From an uncultured Mycoplasmatota bacterium (GTDB lineage Bacteria; Bacillota_I; Bacilli_A; RF39; UBA660), in assembly GCA_947649355.1 (NCBI GenBank), contig CANSRG010000002.1, positions 1 through 61,823 on the forward strand: a stretch of 61,823 nt of DNA, written 5' to 3'. This document shows, one piece after another, positions 1-10,354 of this stretch. Every line of letters starts with the position of its first letter. The first letter of the stretch is position 1. Made by a program: the position numbers and the translations under genes. The notes beneath the pieces are model-generated. The model worked only from the letters and a program-made list of their open reading frames with translations, searched no databases and was not told where the DNA came from.

Positions 1-120
1 GATCAACTTTACACTTTTTCTTACATAATTCCAGTTTCTACTTGAAATTTAGCATTTTTTATTTGCTTTCACAAGATATATTTTCTTATTTTTCATTTTT
101 TTATCTTGAATAGAAATTTT

Positions 121-417
121 TGTGCATAACATCATTTTATTATTGTGGATAAATTGAACTACTTTTTTCTTTTTTCCTATCCTATTTTTTTTATTGTGGA
201 TAATTCTTTTTCTATTTTCCTTTTTTTAATGTCTATTTTATAAAGCTTTTTTTACTTTTATTCACATATCCACTTTGTTGTGAATAACTTTTTCCACTTT
301 ATCCTCATATTCACACTCTAAATACTTTATAAAATGTTAATAATGTGGATAAGTGTATTTTTTCCTTATTTAATGTGACTATTTTTGTGCATAACTTGTG
401 AATATTTATGTGGATTC
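121..417. promoter_or_regulatory. oriC left DnaA-box cluster / dnaA promoter region
   Basis: Perfect TTATNCACA-consensus 9-mers (read as TGTGNATAA) at 121-129, 144-152, 195-203, 279-287, 344-352 and 386-394, and in the opposite orientation at 258-266. Boxes with 1-2 mismatches at 307-315, 397-405 and 409-417. Lies directly 5' of dnaA. Confidence 0.85.
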
Positions 418-495
418 GAAATTTATACTTTCCATTCTAGATAAAAAAGTGTAGAATATGTTTAGAAATGTTTTGGCAGGAAGTGGGGTGGTTAC

Positions 496-1893
496 ATGAC
501 TGATAAAGATCTTTGGAATGCTGTACTTGAAGAAATTAAACCAGATTTGAATGTCATGTCTTACCGAGCCTGGTTTCAAAACTTAAAACTTATTAAAATT
601 AAAGATAATAAAGTAATTATTCAAGTTCCTTTAGAAGCTCATAAACACGTGATGAAAACAATTTATACTAATTATTTAGATGATGCTTTTTATAAACTTA
701 CTAACAAAAATTATGAATTTGAATTTTTACTACAAGAAGAACTTGATGATTCTTTATTTCAATCTTCTTCTATTGTGGATAATGTGGATAACTTTTCTAA
801 AAAAGAGGTTGTAGTTACTCCAACTGTTCCTATTATTGAAGAATTATGGGAAACAAATTTGATTCCTGAACTGAATTTTGACAATTATATAGTAGGGGAT
901 TCTAATCGACTTGCTAAAACTGCTGGTATGATTGTAGCTGAACAACCTGGAAAAGTGCATAACCCTTTATTTATTTACGGAAAAAGTGGACTAGGGAAGA
1001 CACATTTAATGCATGCGATTGGAAATTATATTGTTAATCACTCTAAGAAAAAAGTTCTTTATGCGACTAGTGAAATGTTTAAAGATGACTATATCAATAT
1101 ATCGAATAACGATAATAAAGATAATAATATTCAAGTTGCGGCTAATTTTAAACGAAAATATCGTGATATTGATGTTTTGATTATTGATGATATTCAATAT
1201 TTAGTGGGAGCAGAGAAGACTCAACAAGAATTTTTCCATACTTTTAATCATTTACATCAGTCTAATAAACAGATTATTATAAGTAGTGATCGAAGTCCTG
1301 AAGACTTAAAACTCCTAGAGGAACGATTACGAAGTAGATTTATGTGGGGTCTTCCTGTTGATATTTATCCACCTGATTTTGAATTAAGATGTAAAATTAT
1401 TCGAGCAAAACTTAAAAATATGACGATTTCTGCAAAGATAGATGAAAATGTTATTGAATATATTGCTAATAGTTGCCAAAATGATATTCGTTTTTTAGAA
1501 GGTATTTTAAATCGTTTAATGGCTTATACGGCTATGATTGTTCCAAATAAAGTTGATCTTAATTTTGCGATTGAAGCCCTTGCAGATTTTGTGAATAACA
1601 ATATTTATAAAGAAAAAAGTATTGAAAGTATTCAAAAGGCTGTCGCTGATTATTATAAAATTCGGGTTGAAGATTTAAAAGGGAAGAGGAGAAGTGCTGA
1701 TATTGCTTATCCAAGACAAGTCGCGATGTATTTATCTCGCGTTCTTACTGAGGAAAATTTAAATCGGATTGGTTTAGAGTTTGGTGGTCGTGATCATTCT
1801 ACTGTTATTCATGCTTGTGATAAGATTACAGAGGAATTAAAGACCAATAAAGTTCTTGACAATCAATTAAAAGAGATTCAAAATAAGATATAA
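496..1893 (+). CDS. dnaA: chromosomal replication initiator protein DnaA
   Basis: 465-aa ORF with AAA+ Walker A GKSGLGKTH, Walker B LIIDDIQ and the C-terminal DnaA DNA-binding signature (RQVAMYLSR...GGRDHSTV). Flanked on both sides by DnaA boxes. Confidence 0.97.
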   Translation: MTDKDLWNAVLEEIKPDLNVMSYRAWFQNLKLIKIKDNKVIIQVPLEAHKHVMKTIYTNYLDDAFYKLTNKNYEFEFLLQEELDDSLFQSSSIVDNVDNFSKKEVVVTPTVPIIEELWETNLIPELNFDNYIVGDSNRLAKTAGMIVAEQPGKVHNPLFIYGKSGLGKTHLMHAIGNYIVNHSKKKVLYATSEMFKDDYINISNNDNKDNNIQVAANFKRKYRDIDVLIIDDIQYLVGAEKTQQEFFHTFNHLHQSNKQIIISSDRSPEDLKLLEERLRSRFMWGLPVDIYPPDFELRCKIIRAKLKNMTISAKIDENVIEYIANSCQNDIRFLEGILNRLMAYTAMIVPNKVDLNFAIEALADFVNNNIYKEKSIESIQKAVADYYKIRVEDLKGKRRSADIAYPRQVAMYLSRVLTEENLNRIGLEFGGRDHSTVIHACDKITEELKTNKVLDNQLKEIQNKI

Positions 1894-2035
1894 GTGGACA
1901 AGTTTTTCTTAATGTGGAAAGTTATCCACAGGAATTTGTAGTGATTTTTCCTTATTCTACAATAGTTTTAGGAGTTATCCACATTATCCACCGTATTATT
2001 ATTATGAATATATATTATATAAAAATAAGAAAGAA
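1891..2035. promoter_or_regulatory. oriC right DnaA-box cluster plus candidate AT-rich unwinding element (dnaA-dnaN spacer)
   Basis: TTATCCACA at 1922-1930 and 1975-1983, TTATCCACC at 1984-1992, and weaker box-like 9-mers at 1893-1920. Followed by ~40 nt of almost pure A/T (1994-2035) just before the dnaN RBS. Confidence 0.75.
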
Positions 2036-2045
2036 GGAATGTTGT

Positions 2046-3164
2046 ATGAAATTTGCAATTGAAAAAAATGTTTTATTAGAAAATTTAAATAATGTTGTTA
2101 GAGGTATTTCTACTAAGAATGTTATTCCTGTTTTAAATGGAATTAAGTTTGAATTAACGGAGAATGGGTTAACTCTTATGGCTAGTGATTCTGAACTTAC
2201 TGTAGAAGCTTTTATTGAAAATAAACTTATTAAAAATATTACTAGTACAGGAACTGTAATCATTAGTAGTAAATATATATTAGATATTATAAGAAAGATG
2301 CCAAGTGATGTTATTAACTTTGAAATGCAAGAAAGTTTAAAAATTCGTATTTATTCTGATTTTAATCAATATAATTTAAATTGTTTAGATCCAAGTGATT
2401 ATCCAAATATTAAACTTATTAGTCATAAAGATCCTGTTTTGATTCGTGCGGATATTTTAAAAGAACTTATCAATCAAACTTCTTTTGCTATTTCTACGCA
2501 AGAGTTACGACCTATTTTAACTGGTTTAAACATTAAAATTAACGGAGATTTACTTGAATGCTTAGCAACTGATTCTTATCGTTTAGCTAAGAAAAATATT
2601 AAAATCGATACCCCTGCTGAAGGAGATGTTAACATTGTTATTCCTGGTAAAAATGTTACAGAACTTGAACATATGTTAGTTGATGAAGAACCTGTTTATA
2701 TGCATGTGTTTAATAATCGTGTTTTATTTCAATATAAAAATATTAAGTTTCAAACTAATTTGCTTTCTGGAACTTATCCAAATACTTCAAATTTAATTCC
2801 TACTGAATTTGAAATTGTTGTACAAGCTAAAAAAAGTGATTTTATGGGAGCAGTTGATCGTGCAGCTTTATTAACACAAGGAAAAGATAAAAATATTATT
2901 AAAATGAAAGTAGAAAATAAAGAAATGGTTATCAATTCTTATGCTTCTGAAATTGGAAAAACGGAAGAACGTTTACAAGTTGCTACAGATGAAAAATCTA
3001 ATATTGATATTTCTTTTAGTGCAAAATATATGATGGAAGCATTAAAAACAATTAAAGATGATGATATTTTAATATTACTTAATAATGATGTAAAGCCTTT
3101 GGTTATTAAATCTTTGACCGATGAATCTTTAATTCAACTTATCTTACCAATTAAGACTTATTAG
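2046..3164 (+). CDS. dnaN: DNA polymerase III beta sliding clamp
   Basis: 372 aa from ATG 2046 (MKFAIEKN..., RBS AAGAAGGAA). Three-domain clamp-like length and dnaA-dnaN synteny. The ORF-track start at 1914 would read through the DnaA boxes and the AT-rich element, so I reject it. Confidence 0.93.
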   Translation: MKFAIEKNVLLENLNNVVRGISTKNVIPVLNGIKFELTENGLTLMASDSELTVEAFIENKLIKNITSTGTVIISSKYILDIIRKMPSDVINFEMQESLKIRIYSDFNQYNLNCLDPSDYPNIKLISHKDPVLIRADILKELINQTSFAISTQELRPILTGLNIKINGDLLECLATDSYRLAKKNIKIDTPAEGDVNIVIPGKNVTELEHMLVDEEPVYMHVFNNRVLFQYKNIKFQTNLLSGTYPNTSNLIPTEFEIVVQAKKSDFMGAVDRAALLTQGKDKNIIKMKVENKEMVINSYASEIGKTEERLQVATDEKSNIDISFSAKYMMEALKTIKDDDILILLNNDVKPLVIKSLTDESLIQLILPIKTY

Positions 3165-3276
3165 GAGTAGAAATACTTCTTTTTTTATTTTGTGTTAAAA
3201 ATTCTTTTTTTCGACAATTTTTTTCTTCTTCGTATGTTATTCTAGTGACAATTTTACTTTTTGAGGGGGAATTATT

Positions 3277-3759
3277 ATGAAAAAAATTATGCAAAAAGAG
3301 GCTTATGAAATCAATGAAGAGACATTAGCAATTTTGCCTCTTTCTGATAATCGTGTTTTAGTATATGAGCTTGAGGATTCTTTTGAACTTTGTAATAGCT
3401 CAACTCAAATAATGGAAGATAGTTGTCTTTATTTTGGAAGTACTTTAGATGGAAGAAGGAAAGCAACTGCTTCTTTAATTGGTGTGAATTATAAAGCACC
3501 GATTATTGTGGAAGAAACGAAAGAACTTATTTTTTTTCCTATGGCTTCTACACGGTTTCGTGATACCACTTGGATTGGTCTTAAAAATCTAAAAAGTTAT
3601 TATCGTAGTGATGATGGGATTGTCATTGAATTTCAAAAAGGACAAAAAATTACTTTAGATTCTTCTTTTGGTGTTGTGGATAACCAAATTTTGCGCGCTA
3701 CAAGGCTTGAAAGTGCTTTAAGGGGGAGAAAAACAGGAAAAAAACGTTTAAAAATGTAA
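3277..3759 (+). CDS. comK: ComK-family competence transcription factor homologue
   Basis: 160 aa. Aligns by eye with the B. subtilis ComK core: YEINEETLAILP / SCLYFGSTLDGRRKAT / YKAPIIVEE..ELIFFPMAS.R..DTTWI versus YEVNGATIAVLP / SCRFFGSSYAGRKAGT / HKPPIMVDP..QIFLFPTLS.R....GWI. Confidence 0.75.
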   Translation: MKKIMQKEAYEINEETLAILPLSDNRVLVYELEDSFELCNSSTQIMEDSCLYFGSTLDGRRKATASLIGVNYKAPIIVEETKELIFFPMASTRFRDTTWIGLKNLKSYYRSDDGIVIEFQKGQKITLDSSFGVVDNQILRATRLESALRGRKTGKKRLKM

Positions 3760-3842
3760 TTTTTTATGATATAATTTTAACTAGGTATAGGAGTATTAAA
3801 TATACCGTATTTGTTCTCTAAATTTAAATTAAGGGGGATATC

Positions 3843-4949
3843 ATGAGAATTGATTTTTTAAAATTGATAAATTTTCGAAATTATGAACGTTTAGAAATTT
3901 CTTTTCATCCTCATCTTAATCTTATTTATGGACCGAATGGATCTGGAAAAACTAATTTAGTAGAAGCTATTTATGTACTTGCTCTTACAAGAAGTTTTCG
4001 ACTTGTTGGTGAACGAACCCTTTTATATGATGGGGTAGATGCTTCAAGAATCGAAGGAAATGTATTTTTAAAGAGTAATACAAATTATTGTGTATACCTA
4101 AGTAAAGAAGGAAAAAAAGTAAAAATAAATCATAATAATGTTGCGAGAGTAAGTGATTATATTTCTAAAATAACAATTGTATTATTTCATCCAGATGACT
4201 TACGTTTTATTAAAGATGCCCCTAGTACCAGAAGAAAAACTTTAAATATTTCTATTTCTTTAACAGATATTACTTATCTTCGGTATTTAAATCAATATAA
4301 AATTCTTTTAAAACAAAGAAATTCTTATTTAAAGCAAATGTCTATAAATGCTAATTCTTCTTGTCAATATTTAGATATTTTAACAGAAAAATTAGTGGAT
4401 TATGGAATGTATTTATATCAAAGACGAAAAGAGTTTGTAGATTCTATTTCTAAATATTTAGGAAACATTTTTGAAAAAATTACTGGTATGAGTGATTTAG
4501 AATTTCATTATATTTCTCATTATGAACATTTAAGTCGTGAAGAAATTTTAGCTCTTTATCAGAAAAACTTTGATAGGGATTTACGTCTTTCTAAGACTAA
4601 TATTGGTATTCATATGGATGATTTTAAATTTTTTTTACAAGGAAAAGATTTGAAGGAATATGGAAGTGAAGGTCAACAAAAAAATGCGATTATTGCTTAT
4701 AAGTTTAGTGAATTAGAGATATTTAAAGATTTAAAGGGAAGTTATCCAATTTTTATTTTGGATGATTTATTTAGTGAACTTGATAAGGAAAAAGTACAAA
4801 ATATATTAAATTTGTTACGAAGTGATGTACAAACATTTATTACTACGACTGATTTAGAACGTTTTGTGTCTTTAAATGATTTTTCTTATAAAAGTTTTCA
4901 TATAACAAATGGGAAAATTGTAGAGGAGAGTGAACATGAAAGAGGATAA
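3843..4949 (+). CDS. recF: DNA replication/repair protein RecF
   Basis: Walker [16 protein letters not shown] signature GSEGQQK, Walker [12 protein letters not shown]. Conserved position before gyrB. Confidence 0.95.
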   Translation: MRIDFLKLINFRNYERLEISFHPHLNLIYGPNGSGKTNLVEAIYVLALTRSFRLVGERTLLYDGVDASRIEGNVFLKSNTNYCVYLSKEGKKVKINHNNVARVSDYISKITIVLFHPDDLRFIKDAPSTRRKTLNISISLTDITYLRYLNQYKILLKQRNSYLKQMSINANSSCQYLDILTEKLVDYGMYLYQRRKEFVDSISKYLGNIFEKITGMSDLEFHYISHYEHLSREEILALYQKNFDRDLRLSKTNIGIHMDDFKFFLQGKDLKEYGSEGQQKNAIIAYKFSELEIFKDLKGSYPIFILDDLFSELDKEKVQNILNLLRSDVQTFITTTDLERFVSLNDFSYKSFHITNGKIVEESEHERG

Positions 4950-6855
4950 TATTCATGAATATGGCGATAGTGATATTCAGGTTTTAGAGGGATTAGAAGC
5001 AGTTCGTAAACGTCCTGGTATGTATATTGGAAATACGAATGAAGCAGGTCTTCATCATTTAGTTTGGGAGATTGTGGATAATGCTGTGGATGAAGCTTTG
5101 GCTGGATATTGTGATGATATTGAAGTTGAAATTGGCAAAGGTAATGTAATTACTGTAAAAGATGATGGACGAGGCATGCCAACTGGTACAAATGCTAAAA
5201 CTGGTTTATCTACTGTAGAAACTATTTTTACTGTTTTACATGCAGGTGGAAAGTTTGGTGGAGGCGGTTATAAAGTATCTGGTGGTCTTCATGGTGTTGG
5301 AGCTAGTGTTGTTAATGCTATGAGTGATTGGCTTGAAGTAAGGGTTTATCGTGATGGTAATGTTTACATGATGCGTTTTGAAAATGGTGGTAAACCTGTC
5401 GAACCTTTAAAAATTGTGGATAAGTGTAGTGAAGAGCGAACAGGAACTACAGTATCTTTTCATGCTGATCCTACTCTTTTTGAAACTACTGTATTTAATT
5501 GGGATATTTTATATAAACGTCTTCAAGAAATGGCTTTTTTAAATAAAGGAATTCGTATTCAACTTATTGACCATAGAGAAGATGAGAAAAAAGCTATTTT
5601 TCATTATAATGGTGGGATTATTGAATATGTTAATATGCTTAATAAAAATAAGACTCCATTGTTTCAAGATGTCGTTTATGTTGAGGGTCGAGAAGAGGAT
5701 ATTATTATTGAAGTTGCTATGCAATACAATGATTCATATAATGCTTCTATTTATTCTTTTACCAACAATATTCACACGACGGAGGGTGGAACGCATGAAG
5801 ATGGTGTAAAACAAGCTTTAACACGTGTTATTAACAATTATGCTAAAAATAATAAGATTTTGAAAGATAATGATGATAGTTTAATGGGTGAAGATGTTCG
5901 TGAGGGTGTAGTTATGATTATTTCTTGTAAACATCCTAATCCTCAATTTGAAGGTCAAACTAAAACAAAACTTGGAAATAGTGAAGTACGTAAGATAGCA
6001 AGTGATGTTTTTGCTAATGGTTTTGAAAGATTTTTACTTGAAAATCCAGAGATTGCTCGTCTTATTATTGAAAAATGTTTGACTGCTTCAAGAGCTAGAA
6101 TTGCTGCTAAAAAGGCACGTGAAATTACTCGTCGTAAAAGTGATTTAGATGTAGTTAATTTTGCAGGAAAACTAGCTGATTGTAAAAGTAAGGATTCTAA
6201 AGAATGTGAAATTTTCTTAGTCGAGGGAGATAGTGCAGGTGGGTCTGCTAAAAAAGCTCGTAATAGTATGACACAAGCGATTCTTCCTTTACGTGGTAAA
6301 ATTTTGAATGTTGAGAAAGCAAGACTTGATCGTGCGTTATCTAATGAAGAAATTCGTACAATTATTACTGCTTTTGGTACAGGTATTGGGGATGAATTTG
6401 ATTTATCGAAGCTTCGTTATGATAAGATTATTATTATGACTGATGCCGACGTGGATGGTTCTCATATTAGAGTTTTACTTTTGACTTTATTTTATCGCTT
6501 TTTTAGACCGATTGTAGAGGCGGGACACGTTTATGCGGCTAATCCTCCATTATTTTCTATAAAACACGGTAAAACAACTAAATATGTGCTTTCAGAGGAA
6601 GAAAAGTTAGAGTATTTGGAAACGTTACCTGCTTCTGCTAAACCTGTGATTGGTCGAATGAAGGGGTTAGGTGAAATGGATGCTGATGAACTTTATGAGA
6701 CTACTATGGATATTGAACAAAGAGTTTTAAGGCAAATTACTGTGGAAGATGCAATGATGGCTGATGAAATGTTTTCTACTTTAATGGGAGAAGAAGTTGA
6801 ACCAAGGCGTAAGTTTATTGAGGAAAATGCATCTTATGCAGATTTGGATATATAG
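4930..6855 (+). CDS. gyrB: DNA gyrase subunit B
   Basis: GHKL ATPase motifs ([23 protein letters not shown]), Toprim [21 protein letters not shown]. The start overlaps the recF end by 20 nt; ATG 4936 is an alternative start. Confidence 0.97.
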   Translation: MNMKEDNIHEYGDSDIQVLEGLEAVRKRPGMYIGNTNEAGLHHLVWEIVDNAVDEALAGYCDDIEVEIGKGNVITVKDDGRGMPTGTNAKTGLSTVETIFTVLHAGGKFGGGGYKVSGGLHGVGASVVNAMSDWLEVRVYRDGNVYMMRFENGGKPVEPLKIVDKCSEERTGTTVSFHADPTLFETTVFNWDILYKRLQEMAFLNKGIRIQLIDHREDEKKAIFHYNGGIIEYVNMLNKNKTPLFQDVVYVEGREEDIIIEVAMQYNDSYNASIYSFTNNIHTTEGGTHEDGVKQALTRVINNYAKNNKILKDNDDSLMGEDVREGVVMIISCKHPNPQFEGQTKTKLGNSEVRKIASDVFANGFERFLLENPEIARLIIEKCLTASRARIAAKKAREITRRKSDLDVVNFAGKLADCKSKDSKECEIFLVEGDSAGGSAKKARNSMTQAILPLRGKILNVEKARLDRALSNEEIRTIITAFGTGIGDEFDLSKLRYDKIIIMTDADVDGSHIRVLLLTLFYRFFRPIVEAGHVYAANPPLFSIKHGKTTKYVLSEEEKLEYLETLPASAKPVIGRMKGLGEMDADELYETTMDIEQRVLRQITVEDAMMADEMFSTLMGEEVEPRRKFIEENASYADLDI

Positions 6856-6865
6856 GAGGTAACTT

Positions 6866-9319
6866 ATGGATAAATTGATTCAAAACAATATAGTGAAAGA
6901 GATTAGTGATTCTTTTATTGATTATTCTATGAGTGTCATTACTTCACGTGCATTACCAGACCTTCGAGATGGTATGAAACCTGTTCATCGTCGTATTTTG
7001 TATTCTATGTATGAATCTGGTTATACATCTGATAAGCAACATCGTAAATGTGCACGTATTGTAGGGGATGTTATGGGTAAATACCATCCTCATGGAGATT
7101 CTTCTATTTATGAAGCTATGGTACGTATGGCTCAAGATTTTAGTTATCGTTATATGTTAGTTGATGGTCATGGAAATTTTGGAAATATTGATGGAGATGG
7201 CGCGGCAGCAATGCGTTATACGGAGTCTCGTTTAGCTAAAATCTCTAATGAATTACTACGTGATTTAAATAAAGACACGGTTAATATGAGAGATAATTTT
7301 GATGCAACAGAGAAGGAACCAGAGGTTCTACCAAGCCGTTTTCCAAATATTTTGGTAAATGGTACGATGGGAATTGCAGTAGGTATGGCTACTAATATTC
7401 CACCTCATAATTTAGGGGAGGTAATTGATGGATGTATTGCATATATTGATAATCCTCTTATTGATACCGAAGGTTTAATGCAATATGTTAAAGGACCAGA
7501 TTTTCCTACAGGAGCTATTATTTTAGGAAATTCAGGTATTAAAAAGGCTTATGAAACTGGTCGTGGAAGTATTACAATACGTAGTAAAGCAAGAATTGAA
7601 GAGAAAAATGGTCGTTTTTCTATTATTATTGATGAGGTTCCGTATGGTGTAAATACGTTATCTTTAAAAAATAAAGTAGCAGAGCTAGTTCATAATAAAA
7701 TTATTGATGGTATTTCTGATTATCATTCAGATATGAAAAATGGTATTAAGATTACTATTACTTTAAAGAGGGATGCAAATCCTCAAGTTGTTCTTAATAA
7801 TTTATATAAGCATACTGATTTTCAAACTAGTTTTGGTATTATTTTCTTGATGATTGACCAAGGTGTTCCAAAGACTCTAGGTTTAAAAGATATTATCGCT
7901 AAATATATTGATTATCAAAAGGAAGTAATTATAAGAAGAACTCGTTTTGACTTAAAAAAAGCTGAAGATAGAGTTCATATTTTAGAAGGTTTAAAGATTG
8001 CTTTAGATCATATTGATGAAGTTATTAAGCTTATTCGTGGTAGCGAGACAGATGAAGAAGCTCAAAAAGGTTTGATGAATCGATTTGGACTTAGTGAAAT
8101 TCAAGCAAATGCGATTTTGGAAATGAGATTGCGTCGTTTGACTGGTTTATCGAAGGTTCAAATTGAAACTGAATTAAATGAATTGTTAAAGAAAATTGAA
8201 GATTTACGGGCAATATTAGCTAGTGAAGCACGTATTCTTGCCATTATTAAAGAAGAAATGTTTGAAATTAAAGCAAAATATGCAGATGAACGTAGAACTC
8301 ATATTGATATGACCGCGATTGAATATATTGAAGATGAGTCGTTAATACCAGAAGAAAATATTATGATTGCTTTAACTAATAAAGGTTATATAAAAAGAAC
8401 GAATGTTGATACTTTTAAATCACAAAATAGAGGTGGTGTAGGTGTAAAAGGAATGGGAACAAATGATGAGGATTTTGTTGAACATTTACTTAACTTATCC
8501 ACACATGATTATGTTCTATTCTTTACAAATAAAGGAAAAGTTTATCGTTTAAAAGGTTATGAGATTCCTGAATTTAGTCGTCAATCTAAAGGAATACCAG
8601 TGATTAACTTACTTTCGATTGATAAAGATGAATCTATCAATTCTATTATCCGTATTAGTAAAGATAATGAATATAAATATTTATTATTTGCTACAAAGAA
8701 AGGTATTGTTAAGAAAACATTGGTTTCTGAATTCGATAATATAAGGGCAAATGGTAAGATATGTATTACTTTACGTGAGACTGATGAGCTTATTAGTGTT
8801 AGAAAGACTACTGGTAATGATATGATTCTTTTAGGGGCAAGTTCTGGTCGTATGGTGAAGTTTAATGAAGAGACTTTACGAGTTATGGGTCGAACTGCAA
8901 GTGGAGTAAGAGGTATCAATTTGGAAGATAATACTTGTATTGGGGCAGAAATTGCTACTGATGAAGATAAGATTCTTATTGTAACCGAAAAAGGATACGG
9001 AAAACAAACAAACGTTTGTGATTATAGACAAACCAGTAGAGGAAGTAAAGGTGTAAAAGCCCTTAATGTTACAGAAAAGAATGGTACTATTGCGGCATTT
9101 AAGATTGTAGAGGAAAATTCTGATGTTGTTATTATTACAAATACTGGTATGATCATTCGTTTACCTCTTGAACAAGTTTCTACTTTAGGTAGAGTGACTC
9201 AAGGTATACGTTTGATAAATTTAAAAGATAATCAATCTGTATCGACAATTAGTATTGTTGAGCATGAAGTAAAAGAAGATTCTACTATAGAAAATTCTAC
9301 TGATGAAGCTTCTGAGTAA
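6866..9319 (+). CDS. gyrA: DNA gyrase subunit A
   Basis: 817 aa with [15 protein letters not shown] N-terminus ([14 protein letters not shown]), active-site region [11 protein letters not shown], and repeated C-terminal beta-pinwheel blades (GKGY.KR-type repeats). Confidence 0.97.
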   Translation: MDKLIQNNIVKEISDSFIDYSMSVITSRALPDLRDGMKPVHRRILYSMYESGYTSDKQHRKCARIVGDVMGKYHPHGDSSIYEAMVRMAQDFSYRYMLVDGHGNFGNIDGDGAAAMRYTESRLAKISNELLRDLNKDTVNMRDNFDATEKEPEVLPSRFPNILVNGTMGIAVGMATNIPPHNLGEVIDGCIAYIDNPLIDTEGLMQYVKGPDFPTGAIILGNSGIKKAYETGRGSITIRSKARIEEKNGRFSIIIDEVPYGVNTLSLKNKVAELVHNKIIDGISDYHSDMKNGIKITITLKRDANPQVVLNNLYKHTDFQTSFGIIFLMIDQGVPKTLGLKDIIAKYIDYQKEVIIRRTRFDLKKAEDRVHILEGLKIALDHIDEVIKLIRGSETDEEAQKGLMNRFGLSEIQANAILEMRLRRLTGLSKVQIETELNELLKKIEDLRAILASEARILAIIKEEMFEIKAKYADERRTHIDMTAIEYIEDESLIPEENIMIALTNKGYIKRTNVDTFKSQNRGGVGVKGMGTNDEDFVEHLLNLSTHDYVLFFTNKGKVYRLKGYEIPEFSRQSKGIPVINLLSIDKDESINSIIRISKDNEYKYLLFATKKGIVKKTLVSEFDNIRANGKICITLRETDELISVRKTTGNDMILLGASSGRMVKFNEETLRVMGRTASGVRGINLEDNTCIGAEIATDEDKILIVTEKGYGKQTNVCDYRQTSRGSKGVKALNVTEKNGTIAAFKIVEENSDVVIITNTGMIIRLPLEQVSTLGRVTQGIRLINLKDNQSVSTISIVEHEVKEDSTIENSTDEASE

Positions 9320-9329
9320 TTCCTAGATA

Positions 9330-10220
9330 ATGTTTCACGTGAAACATTGGGGAGAAATTAGAAACTTCTAGAGTGTGGATAACTATGTTTCACGTGAAAC
9401 ATAGTTTTTTTTATATATAAATATATGTGTATAAATAATTATTTATAATCTATTTATATATATTGTTTAATCTTTTAATAATTGAATAATGTAATTTACT
9501 CTATAAAACTAGAAATTTGTGTATAAATTATATTCTACTTGTTTTAAACTTCTAACTATATTTATCATATAAATCATAAAAAATGTTCAACCAATAGTTA
9601 TAATAAAAATAATTATCTTTAAATATTAGATTGATTTTAGTATCAATGTTTCACGTGAAACATTGTGAATAACTTGATATTTGTAATGTAATAATAGAAA
9701 AAATTCAATTATTGTTAATAAAAAAACTATTTTTTATATAATATTTTGAGAAATTAAGTAAGTTGTAAAAAGTTATATCTATCAGTGAAATATAAATTAT
9801 TTTTAAAAACTAAATAATATAACAAAAAAAGAATTAAAGTTTATATAAAAATTTAATGTTGCTTATAATCTAAATAAAATAAAGTGAATAACTATGTTTC
9901 ACGTGAAACATATATTTTAAAATTATAATATGTAAAACAGTACTTATTTTACTTTTTATACTAAAAATTAGTTAAATATTTTAAATAATTATTTATTTTT
10001 TAGTGATATTTATTAAAATACTAAATATTTATAAAAAACTATATAAAAGTTACTTTTTTAATTTAACTTTTATGACACTTTAAGCAATGTTTCACGTGAA
10101 ACATTGTGTATAACTCTATTATTTAGGCCTATTCATTTAATTTAGTGTTAATAAAGTTAAAAATACTAAATTTTTATATCAAATTTTAATTAGTGAATAA
10201 GTATGTTTCACGTGAAACGT
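9330..10220. repeat. array of six parS (ParB/Spo0J-binding) palindromes with abutting DnaA-box-like 9-mers
   Basis: TGTTTCACGTGAAACA at 9331-9346, 9386-9401, 9647-9662, 9895-9910 and 10088-10103; TGTTTCACGTGAAACG at 10204-10219. Exact fit to the B. subtilis parS consensus TGTTNCACGTGAAACA. Adjacent boxes: TGTGGATAA 9374-9382, TGTGAATAA 9664-9672, aGTGAATAA 9884-9892, TGTGTATAA 10105-10113, aGTGAATAA 10192-10200. Free-standing TGTGTATAA at 9426-9434 and 9518-9526. No ORF of 60 aa or more in 9320-10354. Confidence 0.8.
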
Positions 10221-10227
10221 TGAATAC

Positions 10228-10256
10228 TTGCATTTTATTAAAAACTTTGTTATTAT
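10228..10256 (+). promoter_or_regulatory. sigma-A-type promoter for the SRP RNA
   Basis: TTGCAT (10228-10233), 17-nt spacer, TATTAT (10251-10256), placed 6-7 nt before the predicted RNA 5' end. Confidence 0.55.
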
Positions 10257-10262
10257 TTATTC

Positions 10263-10340
10263 GTGCAACAAATATAATGTAAATTGGTCAGGATCGGAAG
10301 ATAGCAGCCACGTCATTCCCTGTTTGTGTGCACTTTTTTT
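10263..10340 (+). ncRNA. ffs: small (4.5S-type, ~71-78 nt) signal recognition particle RNA
   Basis: Universal SRP domain IV at 10286-10309: GGUCAGG-AUC-GGAA-GAU-AGCAGCC (E. coli 4.5S has GGUCAGG-UCC-GGAA-GGA-AGCAGCC). Closing helix GUGCAACAAA (10263-10272) pairs with UUUGUGUGCAC (10323-10333) with one bulge, followed by a U7 tract (10334-10340). Sits next to tadA/dnaX, as scr does in B. subtilis. Confidence 0.85.
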
Positions 10341-10354
10341 ATGGAGTGATATAA

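Noticed and set aside
1914-2045. N-terminal 44-codon extension of dnaN in the ORF track.
   Set aside because: It would be translated across the DnaA boxes and the AT-rich unwinding region and has no RBS. ATG 2046 has a good RBS and gives the conserved MKF... clamp N-terminus.
8581-8919. Minus-strand ORFs nested in + strand genes. Examples are 8581-8919, 33148-33402, 33535-33849, 44531-44776 and 60934-61239, plus about twenty others of 60-112 aa.
   Set aside because: These are shadow ORFs opposite strongly supported genes in AT-rich DNA. Their compositions are low-complexity Ile/Phe/Leu/Ser-rich, with no RBS and no recognisable motifs.
9320-10260. Repeated 18-nt palindrome in a non-coding stretch, considered as a possible CRISPR array or MITE cluster.
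   Set aside because: The spacings between copies are irregular (about 55, 261, 248, 193 and 116 nt centre to centre). The repeat is a perfect palindrome identical to the parS consensus. No cas genes are nearby, and the copies show no target-site duplications or terminal inverted repeats beyond the palindrome itself.
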